From Lama glama (taxonomy: Eukaryota), in assembly GCA_028534125.1 (NCBI GenBank), contig CM052817.1, positions 62,374,001 to 62,438,000 of the forward strand: 64,000 bases of DNA. Direction: 5' to 3'. Shown piece after piece: positions 24,689 through 38,468 of the stretch (position 1 is the stretch's first letter; each line of letters starts with the position of its first letter). Both the position numbers and the translations under genes were made by a program. The notes below the pieces were generated by a model. It had not been told where the DNA came from, searched no databases, and saw nothing but the letters and a program-made list of their open reading frames with translations.

Positions 24689-25690
24689 TGTGAGAACAGA
24701 AAAAATAAATTTACCTCTGCCCTCATTTCCTGGCACCAAACTCCTAAAACCCTTATAATTTCCTTAGTAATAAGAACACTAGGAACATTTCTTGGTTGCA
24801 TATTTGTGTTTGATTCTGTCCCTAACATTGGGTTCCTAAAAACCCTTGTAACTTCTAATGTGATAAGAGAATTGAGAGCATTTTTTATTCTAATGAGGTG
24901 ACTCTGGGTGGGCTCCTGGATGGCTCCTGGATGAGAGCTGATCAGCAGAAAGACCAAGCCATGATTAGAAGTTTGGGATTCTCAGCCCTACCTACCAAAA
25001 TTCTTGAAGGAAGAAGGGATGAAATAGAGTTAATTGTCCTATCATGCCTATGTGATGAAGCCTCCATAAAATCCCTAAACTATGGGGTTCAGGGAGCTTC
25101 CAGGTTGGTGAACACATGACGATGCCAGGAGAGTGAGATGCCTGGAGAGAGCATGGACGCTCCATTCCCCTTCCCACTTACCTTGCCCTGTGAGTCTTTT
25201 CAACTGCATGTTCAGCTGTGTCCTTGATCACATTCTTTGTAATAAACTGGTAAACATAAGCAGATATTTCCCTAAGTCTTATGAGCTACTCTAGCAAATT
25301 AATAGAAGCCAAAGCAAGAGGAGGTCACGGGAACCTCCACTTTGTAGCCAAGTCAGACAAGTTGTGGCTAACTTGAGAACCTACTACTTGCAACTGACAT
25401 CTGAAGGGAAGTAGAGAATTGGATTGTCCTGTGGGGCTGAGCCCTTAACCTGTGGGATCTGACACTGCCTCCAGGAAGATAGTGTCAGAATTGAGTTAAA
25501 TTGTAGGACACCAAGCTGGCATCAGAGAATTGCTTGGTGGGGGAAAAAGCTCCACACATTTGGTGATCAGAAGTGACGTGCTCTATGTGAGTAGTAAAGG
25601 AGACACACAGAGGGAAAACACACAGTGGAGAAGGACTGGGTTTTTCCCTACGTAGAAAAGGAAAAAAAAAATCTGAGTTTTTCCTTTATA
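24689..25690 (+). mobile_element. MER21-family (ERVL) solo LTR
   Basis: Starts TGTGAG and contains GGGTGGGCTCCTGGATGG, CAGAAAGACCAAGCCATGATTAGAAG, GATAGTGTCAGAATTGAGTTAAATTGTAGGACACC and CACACATTTGGTGA. It is homologous to the inverted copy at 41169-42048. Confidence 0.85.
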
Positions 25691-26284
25691 GAAGTTTTAC
25701 TGATTTACCAGTAAGGATATTTGAGAGGCAAGCAATGCTAACAAATTTTGGCTATCAGACAAAAAGAAAATTTGCTGTAAGTGCATCAAGAGAACATAGA
25801 ATAAACAAACTGAAGTTACAGGACTAGGACTGAAAGATAATTAGTAACCAGGGTTGCCCAAAACAGTAACCCAGGCTGCCTAAGAGCTTACATTGACACA
25901 AAATTTTGGTCATGATGATGTTACAATTCCTAAGGGATATCATTGCTGATTCTATAAAATAGATTCTGACTCTCCCTTGTCTCTGTATCATTAAACCAAG
26001 ATTCAAAGATGAGAATACAGACATCTTATTGGCCAAATCTAGGACAAACATTTCACCCTGATTTTCAGAGAACAGGAAGAAGAATTTTCTTCAGCCTCAG
26101 CCAGTTTTCATCTTGTACTGCCTCCTGAAAGATTGTGCACAGTGAGGCATTTACTAAACTGGGGGTTAACTGGAAGCTGCAGATGAAAATTACAAATATC
26201 CTAGAGAAATAGAAATGTTGAACCAAACAGATATAAATTTTTCCTTATATCTTGCCATCTGGAAGAAGAAAAAATATATATACA

Positions 26285-26560
26285 TATCAGGATTTTTTTC
26301 AATTTCAAGTGACAGAAATCCAGCTCATACTACTTCATAATACAAAGGAATTCATCAGTTAACTTACATAAAAAGTCTAGGGTTATGTCTGGCTTCAAAT
26401 GGCACTGGATCCATTCCAAATAGTGTGCTATGGATTGGTTCCTCCATCTCTATCTCTAGGTTCTAATTTTTCTCACAAGTTAATTTTCAGGCAGCCACTT
26501 ACCCCACAGGGTAGGAAAACTGCTTCTTCCAGAGCCCCATGGAAAAAAGTATTCCACTTT
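26285..26560 (-). mobile_element. Old MaLR LTR fragment (MLT1K/L-like)
   Basis: TCAGGATTTTTTTCAATTTCAAGTGACAGAAATCCAGCTCA...AAAGGAATT pattern. Confidence 0.55.
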
Positions 26561-26779
26561 GAAATCCCAGAGGATCCAATGCTGGAGAACTGACATGAAA
26601 GACACAGAAAGAATAAACAACCCGGAGGGATCTTTCCACATTTCTAGAAGTGATAATTATGTAGGTCAATAAGAAAATCCTGATGGAAAGTCCCCCTTAT
26701 TGAAGATAGATAGAAAAAAGCCCAGTCTTTATTTTAAAGTGTTTATTAAACTGAAAAACATTAATTTATACATCCAAGC

Positions 26780-27885
26780 TCAATTATATTCACTTAAAAT
26801 GATACAGAGATACATAGACACATTATTATCAAACTGTTGAAAGACAAAGACAAAATGAAAATCTTTAAATCAGCAAGAGAAAAATGACTTAATGCATACA
26901 AGGGATTTGCAGTAAGAATATTGCTTACTTCTCAGCAGAAACAATGGGGGCTAGAAGGTAGTGGAATGATACAGTCAAAGGCCTGAGAAAAAAACAAACA
27001 AAACAACAACAACAAAGAAAACAAAATAAAACTATCAACCAAGAATTCTGTATTCAGCAAAAACTATGCTTCAAAAACTGAAGGCAAGATACAGATACTT
27101 CCATGTAAACTAAAATAGATAATTTGTTGCTAGTAGACTTCATTTACAAAAGATACCAAAGGAAATCCTTCAGGTGAAAAGGAAATGACTCCAGATGGTA
27201 ACTCCAACACATGCAAAGATAAAAAGAGCACTGCTAAAATTTTTATGTAGGTAAATACAAAACCAGTATAATAATTTGTTCTCTTTATTTCTCTTAATCA
27301 AATTAAAAGAAAGTTGTATAAAACAATGGTTATGAATCAGTGTTGTTGGGTGTATAACATATAAAATTGTATATGATAATGATTGAAGAAATGGGGAGGA
27401 AATTTTGAAGCCAAGTTTCTATATTTTACTGGAGTATATTGTGCATATTTTACTATAATATATTTTATATGTTTTTAGAAGGTACCAAAAAGAGGAACAG
27501 AGAAACATGACATAAGATACATAGAGATCAAAAAGCAAAATGGGAAACTTATAGTTGACTTTTACATTAAAGGTAAACACATTAGACATTCCAATCAAAA
27601 GGCAGTGATTATCAGTCTAGATAGAAAATAGAGTCCCACTATTTGCTGTCTGCAAGAGACATAAGTTAGACTTACTAAAAAATACCAAAAGGCTGAATGT
27701 AAAATGAGGAGGAGAGATAAGCCATTAAAATTACAACCATATGAGAGCTGGAGTTGTTATACTAATATCACACAAAATAGACTTTAAAGGAAAAATATTA
27801 TTAGAGATAAAATGATCATGAGAATATATAGAAATTATGAACATATGAATACTTACAAACAGAGCCCTAATTGATACAGAGGAAG
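26780..27885 (+). mobile_element. Old L1: ORF1 C-terminal region and ORF2 endonuclease start
   Basis: CACATTATTATCAAACTG...AAAATCTTTAAATCAGCAAGAGAAAA and TCAACCAAGAATTCTGTATTCAGCAAAACTA (ORF1 RHII.KL / QPRILYPAKL). CCAATCAAAAGGCAG and ACTATTTGCTGTCTGCAAGAGAC correspond to EN PIKR / ICCLQET. Confidence 0.85.
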
Positions 27886-28490
27886 CAAAAAGGTTAAACA
27901 TGAATTTAGCATATGAGCCAGCAATTCGACTTCTAAGTATCTACCTGAAAGAAAGGGAACAGATAGCCACATAAAGGCTTGTATACAAATGCTCACAGGA
28001 GCATTATTAATCATCGCTCCAGATGGAAAGAATTGAATGTCCATCAAATGGTGAGTAGATAAAAAAAAAAATATTATCATGTATCTATGCAGTGGAATAC
28101 TATTCTGCAATAAAAAAGTCTTGACTACTGATACATGCTCCCACATGGATAAATCTTATATATAGGCTGGTAATTAAAAAGCAAGAGTCAAAAGCTCACA
28201 TGTTTTACAAATACCTTAATATGCACTGTCCAAAGAAGGCAAATCTATAAAAAAAGGAAAAAGATTAGTGGTTTCCTGTGGCTGGGATTGGGAATGGGGT
28301 TAATTCCAGATGGGCATTAGGGATTTTGTTGAGTTGATGGAAGTGTATTAAATCTGGATTTTGGTGGTGATTGACCAACTCAAAAATTAAAAACAAAACA
28401 AAACAAAACAAAACAAATTGCATTGTATGTTTAAGACAGGCAAATTTTATAGTATGTAAACTATGCTTTAATGAAGCTGTTTAAAAACAA
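27886..28490 (+). mobile_element. Old L1 3' end (ORF2 C-terminus and 3' UTR, L1MB/MD/ME-like)
   Basis: CATATGAGCCAGCAATTCGACTTCTAAGTATCTACC, AATGTCCATCAA, GTGGAATACTATTCTGCAATAAAAA, AGATTAGTGGTTTCCTG and AATTTTATAGTATGTAAACTAT...AATGAAGCTGTTTAAAA. Confidence 0.85.
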
Positions 28491-28619
28491 AAGGCTAGAC
28501 ATTATATAGTAACTTTAAGTGTTAGTATAAAGTCATGTTTCTATGTAATTCCAACATTCTGTGATTTTAAAAACTTTGGTACATGTGGTGGAGATTAGAT
28601 AGATTCTTTCTAATTTGTT

Positions 28620-28950
28620 TTCTCTTCCTGCAAACACAAGGGAAAAAAAAACTATATTTCTGTTTCCTGTGTGACTAGTTTTGGCTAATGAAATGTAGAG
28701 AGAAGTTATGTACACCATTTCCTGGCTTGGTAATGGACTTTCTGCACTGTCTTCTTTCAACCTCATCCTTGTAACTGAAAACAAATGACTTTGGGTGGTG
28801 AAGACGTGTAATGAGAAGAGTCACAAATCTGAGAGTGCTCAACCTCTATCAAGGTATACTCATTAAACAGGAAATCAAGTTTTATAATGTTAGGTCATTG
28901 ATATTTGGGGATCCTAGTTACCATAGCTTAGTCTAGCTTACTTTAATATG
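28620..28950 (+). mobile_element. Old MaLR LTR (MLT1I/J-like), degenerate
   Basis: TGTGACTAGTTTTGGCTAATGAAATGTAGAGAGAAGT...CCATTTCCTGGC and an MLT1-like 3' end. Confidence 0.55.
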
Positions 28951-29795
28951 TTATATTTGTTATTCTATAAGATTATCTGTTATCCAAATCTTTATTATAA
29001 TTATTCATTATTTGTCCTTCCTTTCCAAGATAATTTCCTAGAATCTACTTTTATTTGTTATTTGTTTCTTCAAAGTATGTGAATGGCTGAAAAAAGAGTA
29101 TCTTTGTGATCATCTCAGCATTCTACTATTGACTCAGTTGTATATTGACATATGCCAGGATAAAATTTGATGAGATATTATTCTCCATTTTCCAATCCTT
29201 GGCCATGGTTAAGGAAGTGATTTCTATCAATTCTGTCTTTTTCCTTCTCAACAAATATGGGCTATGATAGCTACATGTAATTACTTTTACAAATTGAAAA
29301 AAAAATATGGTAAAGATCAAAGCCTGAAGCAGAAGATTATAGGCAGGAAGACAAATTAATGACTTTGTGTGGGAGTCACCTAGAATGAAGCCAACCAGTC
29401 TGAGAAACTAGATAGTGAATTTCAGAAGATAACAGGAGTGATTCCAATAATATTGAAGTCACATAATTTAATGAGAGTTTGGGAGAGGTGGTTAGGAGAA
29501 ATAGAAAAGAAAATGCAAAGGACTATTTACAATCAGCAAATCTGGTATGAAGAACTGGAGAGCATATCAACAGAGAGACATCTGGAGCAGAGCCATATAC
29601 TATCTGCATTCTGGGTATATGGGACTTGGGTGAATTTGGACAGAGAAGTGTATGAGTCAATTCTATATTCCAAGTAGTTGAATCTTCTTTGTACCATATT
29701 AATCTTCATGAGTAATATGTTGTCATATTTTGAAATTATTTCAGCTTTAAAAGTTTAAAAACTCCAGTAATTTACTGTGATACTTTTCTCCTTCT

Positions 29796-29861
29796 AGCTC
29801 TTTTTCTTTTTTTCTTTCTTTCTTTTTTCCTTTCTTCCTTTCCTTTCTTTCCTTTCTTTTT
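29796..29861. repeat. CT-rich low-complexity / (CTTT)n tract
   Basis: Directly visible pyrimidine run. Confidence 0.85.
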
Positions 29862-32800
29862 GATGTTCTCAGTGCTCCCATGAGCAGAGACTCTATAGTT
29901 AGACTTCCTGAGAACAAATTGGCTCACTTCTACTTTTTTTTTTTGTTATGTGACCTAGGTTGTGGGATGCATGTCTTATCTTTTAATCTCTTGTAACTTG
30001 TCTACAGCCATGCCTATTCTAATCAGGGTAGAAATACTATTTTATTTGACTCTGCATCTCTGGATCCTAGCATCCTAGATAGAGTCTCTGTAAAGAGTAA
30101 TTGTTAGAAGTTATTGGAATAATTTTTGTCAAAATTTAAAGAGGGAAAGATTCCTAGTTAAGATACTATCACTCTTCTCTATGTCTAGAATCTTAGAAAC
30201 TAGGAGGAGGATGTATGAAAGGGAGGACCTGAAATGTAAATTATGCAGTATTTCACAAATCAAGAGGAATAATTTTCATTACTATCAAAGAAAGGATAAC
30301 ACTGCTGTATTTGAGTGACATTAAAATAGTGAAGATTTAGAAATCAGGAACACAGTTCTACACTTAAAGGCCTAGGGAATAAGAAATGTCATATTTATGA
30401 TGTAAAGTATATTATAAATTCTTGCAATTTGGTGAAACAAAAGAGTATTCTCTGATTGATGAGTTACAGGAAGTACAGCTTAGATGTCCTAAGCCAGGCA
30501 AGATAATGGCAACATAAAACTTGAGCTTGCTAAAATTTATCTCTTTTTGGACAGGTCAGTCCCTGGCTTTGTGTAAACTGATTGGCTTGGAAAAAAGTAA
30601 AGAATCAACTAATGTTCCTGAGATATTGTAAATTCGTGGAAGACAAAATACTACTTTATTCTATCCCCCATATGACCAAACAAAAGCAATAATAGGTGCT
30701 TGACAAATATGTTTTGGTATCATTTGTTTGGTTTAGTGAGCACAATGCAAGGCAAACTAGGAATTTAGAATTAGCGCAGGACTCAATCTCTCCTTGTAAA
30801 GGCTTTTAATCTTACTAGGAAGACACAAATTTAGAAGCCTTTGTTGAGAACCAGAGAAGTCTTAGTTCTATTTACAACTTTCTAAATGACCCTAAGCTGT
30901 GAACATAATGATCTTACATATGCATTTTACTGTAGCATGTGGTTTGTTTGTTCTTAAAAGCCATAATAAAATATTTATAAATTTTAATATTTATGTATTA
31001 ATCCACAGGTTGAAAAATGAGGCTAAAGGACGCTTGAGAAGACTGATAATTTTCCACTGTTAGAATTTTTAGTTCTAATCAACATTATGCCTGTATGTTA
31101 TCTCACTATTGATTTGTCTTTTTTGTTTGTTTTATATTATCAATACTCTTTAAAAAAACTTTCAAGATAGTTCACTCTTAATTTTTCTATCATTTAGCAA
31201 TTAAAATGAGAAGAAAAATCATACTATATTTTATTCTGTTTCAAAAATATGAAGTTTTTTTTGTCACAAGTTTATGATTAATCGTAAAGTTTATGGTGCT
31301 AAAATAGGAGCTTATTTTATGAGTGAAGTGAAGTCAACACTTTAACTTAATTTCTGACATAAGATTCCATGTTTGTGTGTGTTCTCCATGTAAGCTTAAT
31401 AATATTAAGGAAAACAGAGAATTTATGTGCTACTTTTGTAATCTTGTGAATGTAAATTGTATGTTTCATGTTCTGTGAAGAACTGAATTCCATATCTATC
31501 TGTTAAGTGGATGAACAGATATAAAACATTTGAAGAGAACTTTGGTTTAGGCAAAATTTCAGCCACAAACCCAGAAAGAATTTCATTCATTTCTCTTTCC
31601 TCTCACTCACCTGTGCCCAGACTCTCGGATCATCAGTGATCTCAAGAAAAACAGGACATTTCCAGTGACTTATAAAGGGGATTTCTATTATTGAATTTCT
31701 AAAACAATTGGCCCAGTTGTTAGTCTGGGCACTAACCTGGACTAGGAAAAGCTGCTCTGGAGAAGAAGTTGGAAGAGGAAGATCAAGTGAATTGGGTAAA
31801 ATAGGCCTATTGCTTTGTGATCACGGAGGAAGGGGAGAATGAGAGACATTAGTTGGCTTCATTCTTCTCACTGGGTGTAATTGTGTGTGAAGTTTGGCTT
31901 TAGATATTTACTTAGCTAACAAAAATATAAGATCTATTGTTTCTAAGACCACAAAGCGCTCTTTGTGGAAAACATAGCAATGAGCTGTTTCATTGTGCTG
32001 GAAACAAAGTTCAGAACAATTTACAAGCGTTTCTTTCTCTGCACTCAAAACCACCCATTCGTGGGGAGAGGTGGGTGGAGAGGAGTTACCTAATTCCTCG
32101 AGAACCATATTTCAAATCAAAAGGACATGTTTAGACAGTGCCAATTTGGTTTACTTTCCTTTCTTTTTTATTATTAGTGTAGTTATTATGTGAAAAACAA
32201 AGCTTTGGTAATGTTTCTTTGATCATTGATCAGTCATAAAATTGATTAAAATGCAGAGAATTAGCCATTTGCAACTGATCTGAATTGTTATATGACTGTT
32301 CTCTTCTTACAGCTGAAAAATCAATGAACACATGATAGTTAATGGCTATTGTGGAATACAGCTATAAGTGACTGCTGAGTGAAGACAAGTTCAGCAGTTT
32401 TCAACATACTCCATAGTCCATTCTTACTTGAAAATCTCTACTTTCCTGCTCCTGCAAGTGATCTTTCAACTAATGTGTTTTATGAAGACCTGACGTTTGT
32501 TTGGCCTACATTCAAGAAGTAAATTTAACATGGTATAAACAAAAAGAGGTTTTAATAGTCATTGTAGGCAAAGAGAATTCCTCCACTAACAAACTAAATC
32601 TTCTACTCTTTAATAAATAAAGTCTGCAGACTCTATAATTTGTTTCCCAGTGTTGTGACTGTCACTTAGTTTTGCCTTTAAAAGCAGGCTATCTTCTGCT
32701 TATACTATCTTTGAACAGTGATTTAATACTAAATATTTGAGGATTTGCTGCCAGATTTGCTGATGACAGTAAATCCTTCAAAGGGAGTCTGTTCCTTTAC

Positions 32801-34059
32801 ATGGGAAATCTTTTTTTTTTTTTAAACACATTTTATGCCTCCATTTTATTTCATCCCACTCACTCCACAATAGAGAGAACCTGATAGTAAGAAAAACCAT
32901 TTGGTGTGTATATTTATTGGAAATACACAGATCTTCACTTTGTATTTTATATACAAAGTTATTGATTCATCCATCAAAATCTACTCATATGTTTGGAATA
33001 GGGCATGCATTGTGTATGTCAGCTAAATTCTGATATTGAGGCTGAGACTCTGCTATTATTAGGACACATACAGAAAAAGTGCCTGGTCCAAACTTGAGAT
33101 TAATAATAATGAGTAAAATCCTCATCAGCACAGAATATTTTGCCTTCAAAGGTAATATGTATTTCCATGATAGAAAGGAAATGTGGCCTGTGCTGATATA
33201 AACTTATAAAAATGTGAAGTTTGTTGTTAAAGAATTTGTTCTGAATCTTGGGAGAAAAAAAATAGTGCTGTATGAGGTGCAAATAATTCCATACAAAACT
33301 AGATGACTTTTCCAGCATTTTGGAGATGACATCCTTAGGTTTAATCAAGTGGTTTAAAAAATAGCTTAACTGGACAAACCAAGAGGTAGAAATCAAAGTA
33401 ACAGTAATAAGCTACTCAAATTTGAGAAATGTTAGGGATCATTATAGGGTCTAATAGATAATAGCCTGTAGTGAGATCAAATTACCTGTTAATGGAGAAG
33501 ATGAGAAGTGTGATGGCTCTCCAATCTTCTGAGTTTACAAAAGTGAAAGCTACTCTAAGACACTTTAGTTATATATATATCCCTCTGCATTTGTGCTTAA
33601 AAATATTTATAATTATTATGTTTCTGGCTCATGATTTTCAAGTCATAAAATGATTTATTAATGAGTAAATATTATGTCTGGGTGAAAGAAGAGAAATTTA
33701 ATGTGGGATTCAATATAAGGACTCTGCCCAAATGAACCTAGACTAAGGTATGAGTAAGTGGAATGGTGATATATGATACCTATTGTATGAAAGTTTCTCT
33801 GGGTATACAGTAATGCTATTTTCTAGACAATAGCCTTTATGTTAGAATGGCAAATATCCAATCTGATTGACTTCTGGGCTGGAAATTCTTAACCAGTGGT
33901 ATAATCATCCTGATAAACTTGTTCAAATTAAACCACATTTGGGGGACTTACTGATTTTTACTATAATGCCATGGTTTTGTTGCCACATAGCTTTTACTTT
34001 GATTCTTGTTCTTGCTATTACAGAGCATAATTGTAATTGTTAGTTTATATTGATCCGTT

Positions 34060-34220
34060 TTTTATGTGCTAAAACTTTTACTGAACCTTTGCTAAGATAT
34101 CATGGCACAGGGATGACTACCATCATTTTACAAATGAGAAAACTTAAGTTCTGAAATTTAGCCAATGTACTCAAGATCACAGAAGTAGTATTTGATAGAG
34201 TCAAGTGACACCCAAAGCCA
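34060..34220 (-). mobile_element. MIR SINE
   Basis: CATTTTACAAATGAGAAAACTTAAGTTCTGAAA...CTCAAGATCACAGAAGTAGTA. Confidence 0.7.
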
Positions 34221-36049
34221 TAGGGATTCCCATTACATGTATGAAGAGAAACAGGCTCCAGCAGGAATATTTTGGGAAAGAATTAAAGTATATCTCTATG
34301 TTCAATAAGCAAAACATAATTGAGATCTTAACAGTGGATTTTATTTTTGTTTTGGTTTTTATACCCCTATTGATTTTATTGTTTTTGTTTAAAACCAAAT
34401 TGGATAAATAAAAATTTACTGTAAAAGAAGACCAACTTTTACCCCCAAAGCATTTTATATACTCCACGCTGATATAAAAAGGATCTCCTTATGAGAAAGA
34501 ACAATAAGGAAGGCAGAAAGAGACAAACATCTCATGTTTAGAGCCCACTGGGAGCTTCAGAAATGTGAAACAATGACTTCAAGTGTAAGATAATTCCTCC
34601 CATTCTTCAGTTGGTTTTATTGGCTCAATACTCATGTGTCTAGTTGTAAGAGCACCAATTTTTCAGAAATAAGAATCTGTGTGGACATTAAAAAATGCAT
34701 CTAGGGTGGAAATACTATCACATGCTTGTCCTAGTACCAAGCACACACATGAGCTTTTTATAAAGGAAAGCTTATTTTATTGCATTACATCAGCTTAAAA
34801 CCCATGCAGCCATAGTAGAAATTGATTCCAGTTTGGATTGAATAACAATATCTTAATTTTGGTTTGCAATTTACAACTTACAGAGTGTTCTTATGTATAT
34901 TGTCTGAGTTGAATTTCCATTTTACATAAAAAGACAGTGAAGTTCAGCATTGTTTAAAATTTTGTCAAGAATTTGTCTGTAATGGCAGAACTCATGAGTT
35001 TTAGAAGTAGGAAATTTAATGACAATTTTTTTTCAAGCCCAGAGTTCTTCCAACTCTACAGTGCTGTCATTTTAGTGATGGCATGATCTTTAATGAGATT
35101 CTTGTGATAGTGACTTGTTCAGTCATTGAAAGTTAATGTTAATTCATTTTGGATTTAGTTGTTCAGCAAAATGTAGTAAGATTTTTATATACCAGATACT
35201 GTCTTAAGAAAAGTAGATATAAAAGGAGGAGGTGCACAATTTGGGGAGAAACGAGTGAATTAGTGGGAGATGAAAAGTTTCTGTAGAGGAAATTACACTT
35301 TGTAGCTAATGCAGATGATCTAAGAAATTATTGACAGAGTCTTTGTAGCACTTAGAACCTGAATCGTGTGACAGAACATGTTTCATGTTATTTCCTAAAA
35401 GGAGGAAACAAAGGAGGACTCCAGTAGGTTAAAGCAGCATTGCTATTCTTGAAAGGGTTGACCAGACTTGACTACCTGGCCTTCTCCTTTTACCTAGAAT
35501 TTTCCCTGGGGCCAGGCTAAGAACTCTCTGGAAAACATTTATTTGCTACCAACTCTGGATGTATGATACATTTCTGTATCATGCTTTAGTATCTGTATTG
35601 GTGAGAGTTCAAATCAGTCGGTTTTCACCAGAAGTTAGTAGCTATGGGAGGTGGAGAACGGCCTGAGTTTTGACTCTTCTCTGAACTTGCTGAAAGTGTA
35701 TGGCAATTGCCACATTCAATCAGTATAAGAAAATCATGATTAACGCAGAGTTTTGTATTCAATATGTGGAAGAGGAAAAAAATGTTGACCTCTGATGACT
35801 AGTTACAAATGACTAGAAGAAAATAAAAATCAATGAAGAAATCAGGGATATATTTCAACTGTGAGTTAGCTCCCGATATTTCACTCGTCTGCTTTATGCA
35901 CAGTCTTTATGTTCTTGGCATATTCGCCTATACCCTTAATAATCAAGATCCTTCTTTCTTGCCTTTATCTCTCCGACCTAGCTTCCTAATCATATTTCCT
36001 GCCTGAAGAGTCTTTAACTTTGTTAACATTCTTTTTCTGTCTCTACTAG

Positions 36050-36250
36050 ATCTCATTTATTGAGCACGTATTATATTCCAAACACAGAGATAAACATTTT
36101 ATATTCATTTTGGATGTAATCTGCTTAATACCTCTTTGAAATAAGTCAAATCAGATAAGGACACTGAAGCTTTTAGACTTTCATGAGCCCTAATAGCTAA
36201 TAAATTACAGAGCTGGGATTATAGCTCAAATCCATCTGGCTCTAAAGTTT
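36050..36250 (-). mobile_element. MIR SINE
   Basis: CATTTATTGAGCAC...CAGATAAGGACACTGAAGCT...AGCTAATAAATTACAGAGCTGGGATT...TCTGGCTCTAAAG. Confidence 0.7.
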
Positions 36251-37920
36251 TGGCAGAGATGGCTGATTTCTCCGCATTATCAGATCTCCCCTTTTCTATA
36301 CATATGACCAACTATATAACAACCTTCTTTGCTACAAGGAGAGGTCATGTGACTGGGTTCCACTTGTGAGACATGGTAACACAACTTCTGAATCATGATC
36401 ATAAAAGAATATGCTCTTCTCTCTTGTTTTCTCTTTTGCTATGGTCCAGAATACCTTTATGAAAAAAGAAGCCATCACAGCTTGCTTGAAGCTCAGATCA
36501 AAGCTGCATGTTTAGGGTCAGAGCAATAAGTCAGAAGAAAACTGTATCACAGAGGCCCATGTTCTAAGACTCATTCTGAAAGTAAGAAAAAAGCAGTGTG
36601 AAACAGGAAGCATTTAATAATCACCTTTAGGGGATCACAGAAATGGTTTGAGAAGCTTTTGGTAATTTTATGCCAGGAGGAAAGGAATCCAGGGTTGGGC
36701 ACGTTCATGGTTACCAAAAATAATTGGTGGTTTCACAGTGGATAGGTGAATGAGGATTCAAGAAGCAATTTGAAACATCCAGAACAACTTTGATTCAAGG
36801 AATGAGGGCAAAGTATGGAGTGTGAAGATACTGGGACAATCTGCCTAGCACATTTATAAGCAATCGTGAGTAGTCAGAATGCAGTTTCAGAACTGGGGTT
36901 AGGTGTGAAAAAAATCTGAAAAATTTCTGTAGAACTCATTTTTCTCTTGAGTGTGTTACGTTGTTTCTGAGTCTGTCAGGCACAATTTATTTGTATTCCA
37001 TTTAGATATAATCATTTTAATGAATGTGCTGACTAATTATTCATCTTCTTATCTATTAATAATTTGGTTAGCTATTTTCTTTTTACATGAATATTAACAA
37101 CTACTTTGTCTCAGTAGCTTAAAACCATTCTTACATTTTTAAACAAACTCTTCAGTATTTGGTATTTTATTGTATCCAATATACGACTGCCTTTAATTTA
37201 AAATTTAGTATTTTGAAATACTAAATAAGAAAATGTTAATAATAAAAAAATATTTAGCATCATCTACAACTGATAAGAATCATAAATTGAATTTATGAGT
37301 TTTCTAGAGCTGTATCAGATATGATCCAATACATTTAAATTCACTGAAAAGTCAAAAACATGTTTGGAATCTAAGGCATAGAATTCCTCAAGACTTATTT
37401 TTGGAGGAAAGGTAGTCATATAAAGGGGAAAAAAAAGCTTGACTTTTTATAATGGACTGTAGGTCATGCTGAAGGAGTGTGGGTGGATTGAGCATTTCCT
37501 CAGGAGAAGGAATTTACTTATTATTGGAAATTCAGAAAATAAAAACTTGTTTTTCAAAGATTTATGCTATTATTTGTTATGCTGTTTCCTTTACAGCTTA
37601 AATAAAATATATGAAATATAGCAGCTCTCAATTATTTGGGCTCTATAATAATTTTAAAGAGAAGGTAAGATGTTATTGGAAATGCTATGGTAATTTGGAG
37701 ATGTAAATATGGTAGAATGCATAAATAAAATTACTATCCCACTGTTTTTGTTTCTTTGATTTCTTTGCCCTCAAATGTTTGGAAGAGATCAATTTCAATG
37801 AAAATCGTTTGAAGGCTTCCCAACTCATTCAATTTGACAGCCAGTCATTATACAAGATAGATGTTCGGCTCTGTCTGGCTATGGGGGAAAAGATTCTTCT
37901 GGTATAGGATCAATAGACCA

Positions 37921-38468
37921 TATTGCAAATTATGCTTCCCCAAAAGTGTCTATGTCAGTATATAGACCATCCAAAATCCTCTTCTTTCAGTATAGCTTGG
38001 GTGCTCCTGTACTGAGAGGCAGGGTCTTTGTTTCTTGCCCCTTGAACCTGGGCAGGCTTCTGTAATTTCTTCAGCCAGTGGAATGCAGCAGAAATGATGC
38101 CTCATGATTTCCAGGGCTAAATCTTAAAGACAGCACAGCTCCCACCTGTCTTGTTCTTGAAACACTTGCTACCGTGTTGCGAAGAAGCCCAGACCACATG
38201 GAGAGGCCACTTGTGTGTGTTCTGGCTGATAGCACCAGTTAGGTCTTCAGCTAAGAGCCAACATCAAACTTTGAGTGGATAAAAAACTTTAGATTATTCC
38301 AGTCCCTGGACTTAGAGTCTTTCAACTAATGCCCTAGACATCATGCTTCCCCAACTTCCCATCTGACCTAAAGAAATTATGAGAGATAATAACTGATTAC
38401 TGTTATTGTAAGCCATCTCAATTCTTTAGTAATTTGATAGAGAGTAATACATGTGGTAACTGGATACC
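37921..38468 (+). mobile_element. MaLR solo LTR (MLT1F/G-like)
   Basis: CCCCTTGAACCTGGGCAGG, GAATGCAGCAGAAATGATGC, GAAGAAGCCCAGACCACATGGAGAGGCCAC and TGAGAGATAATAA...TAAGCCA. Confidence 0.8.
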
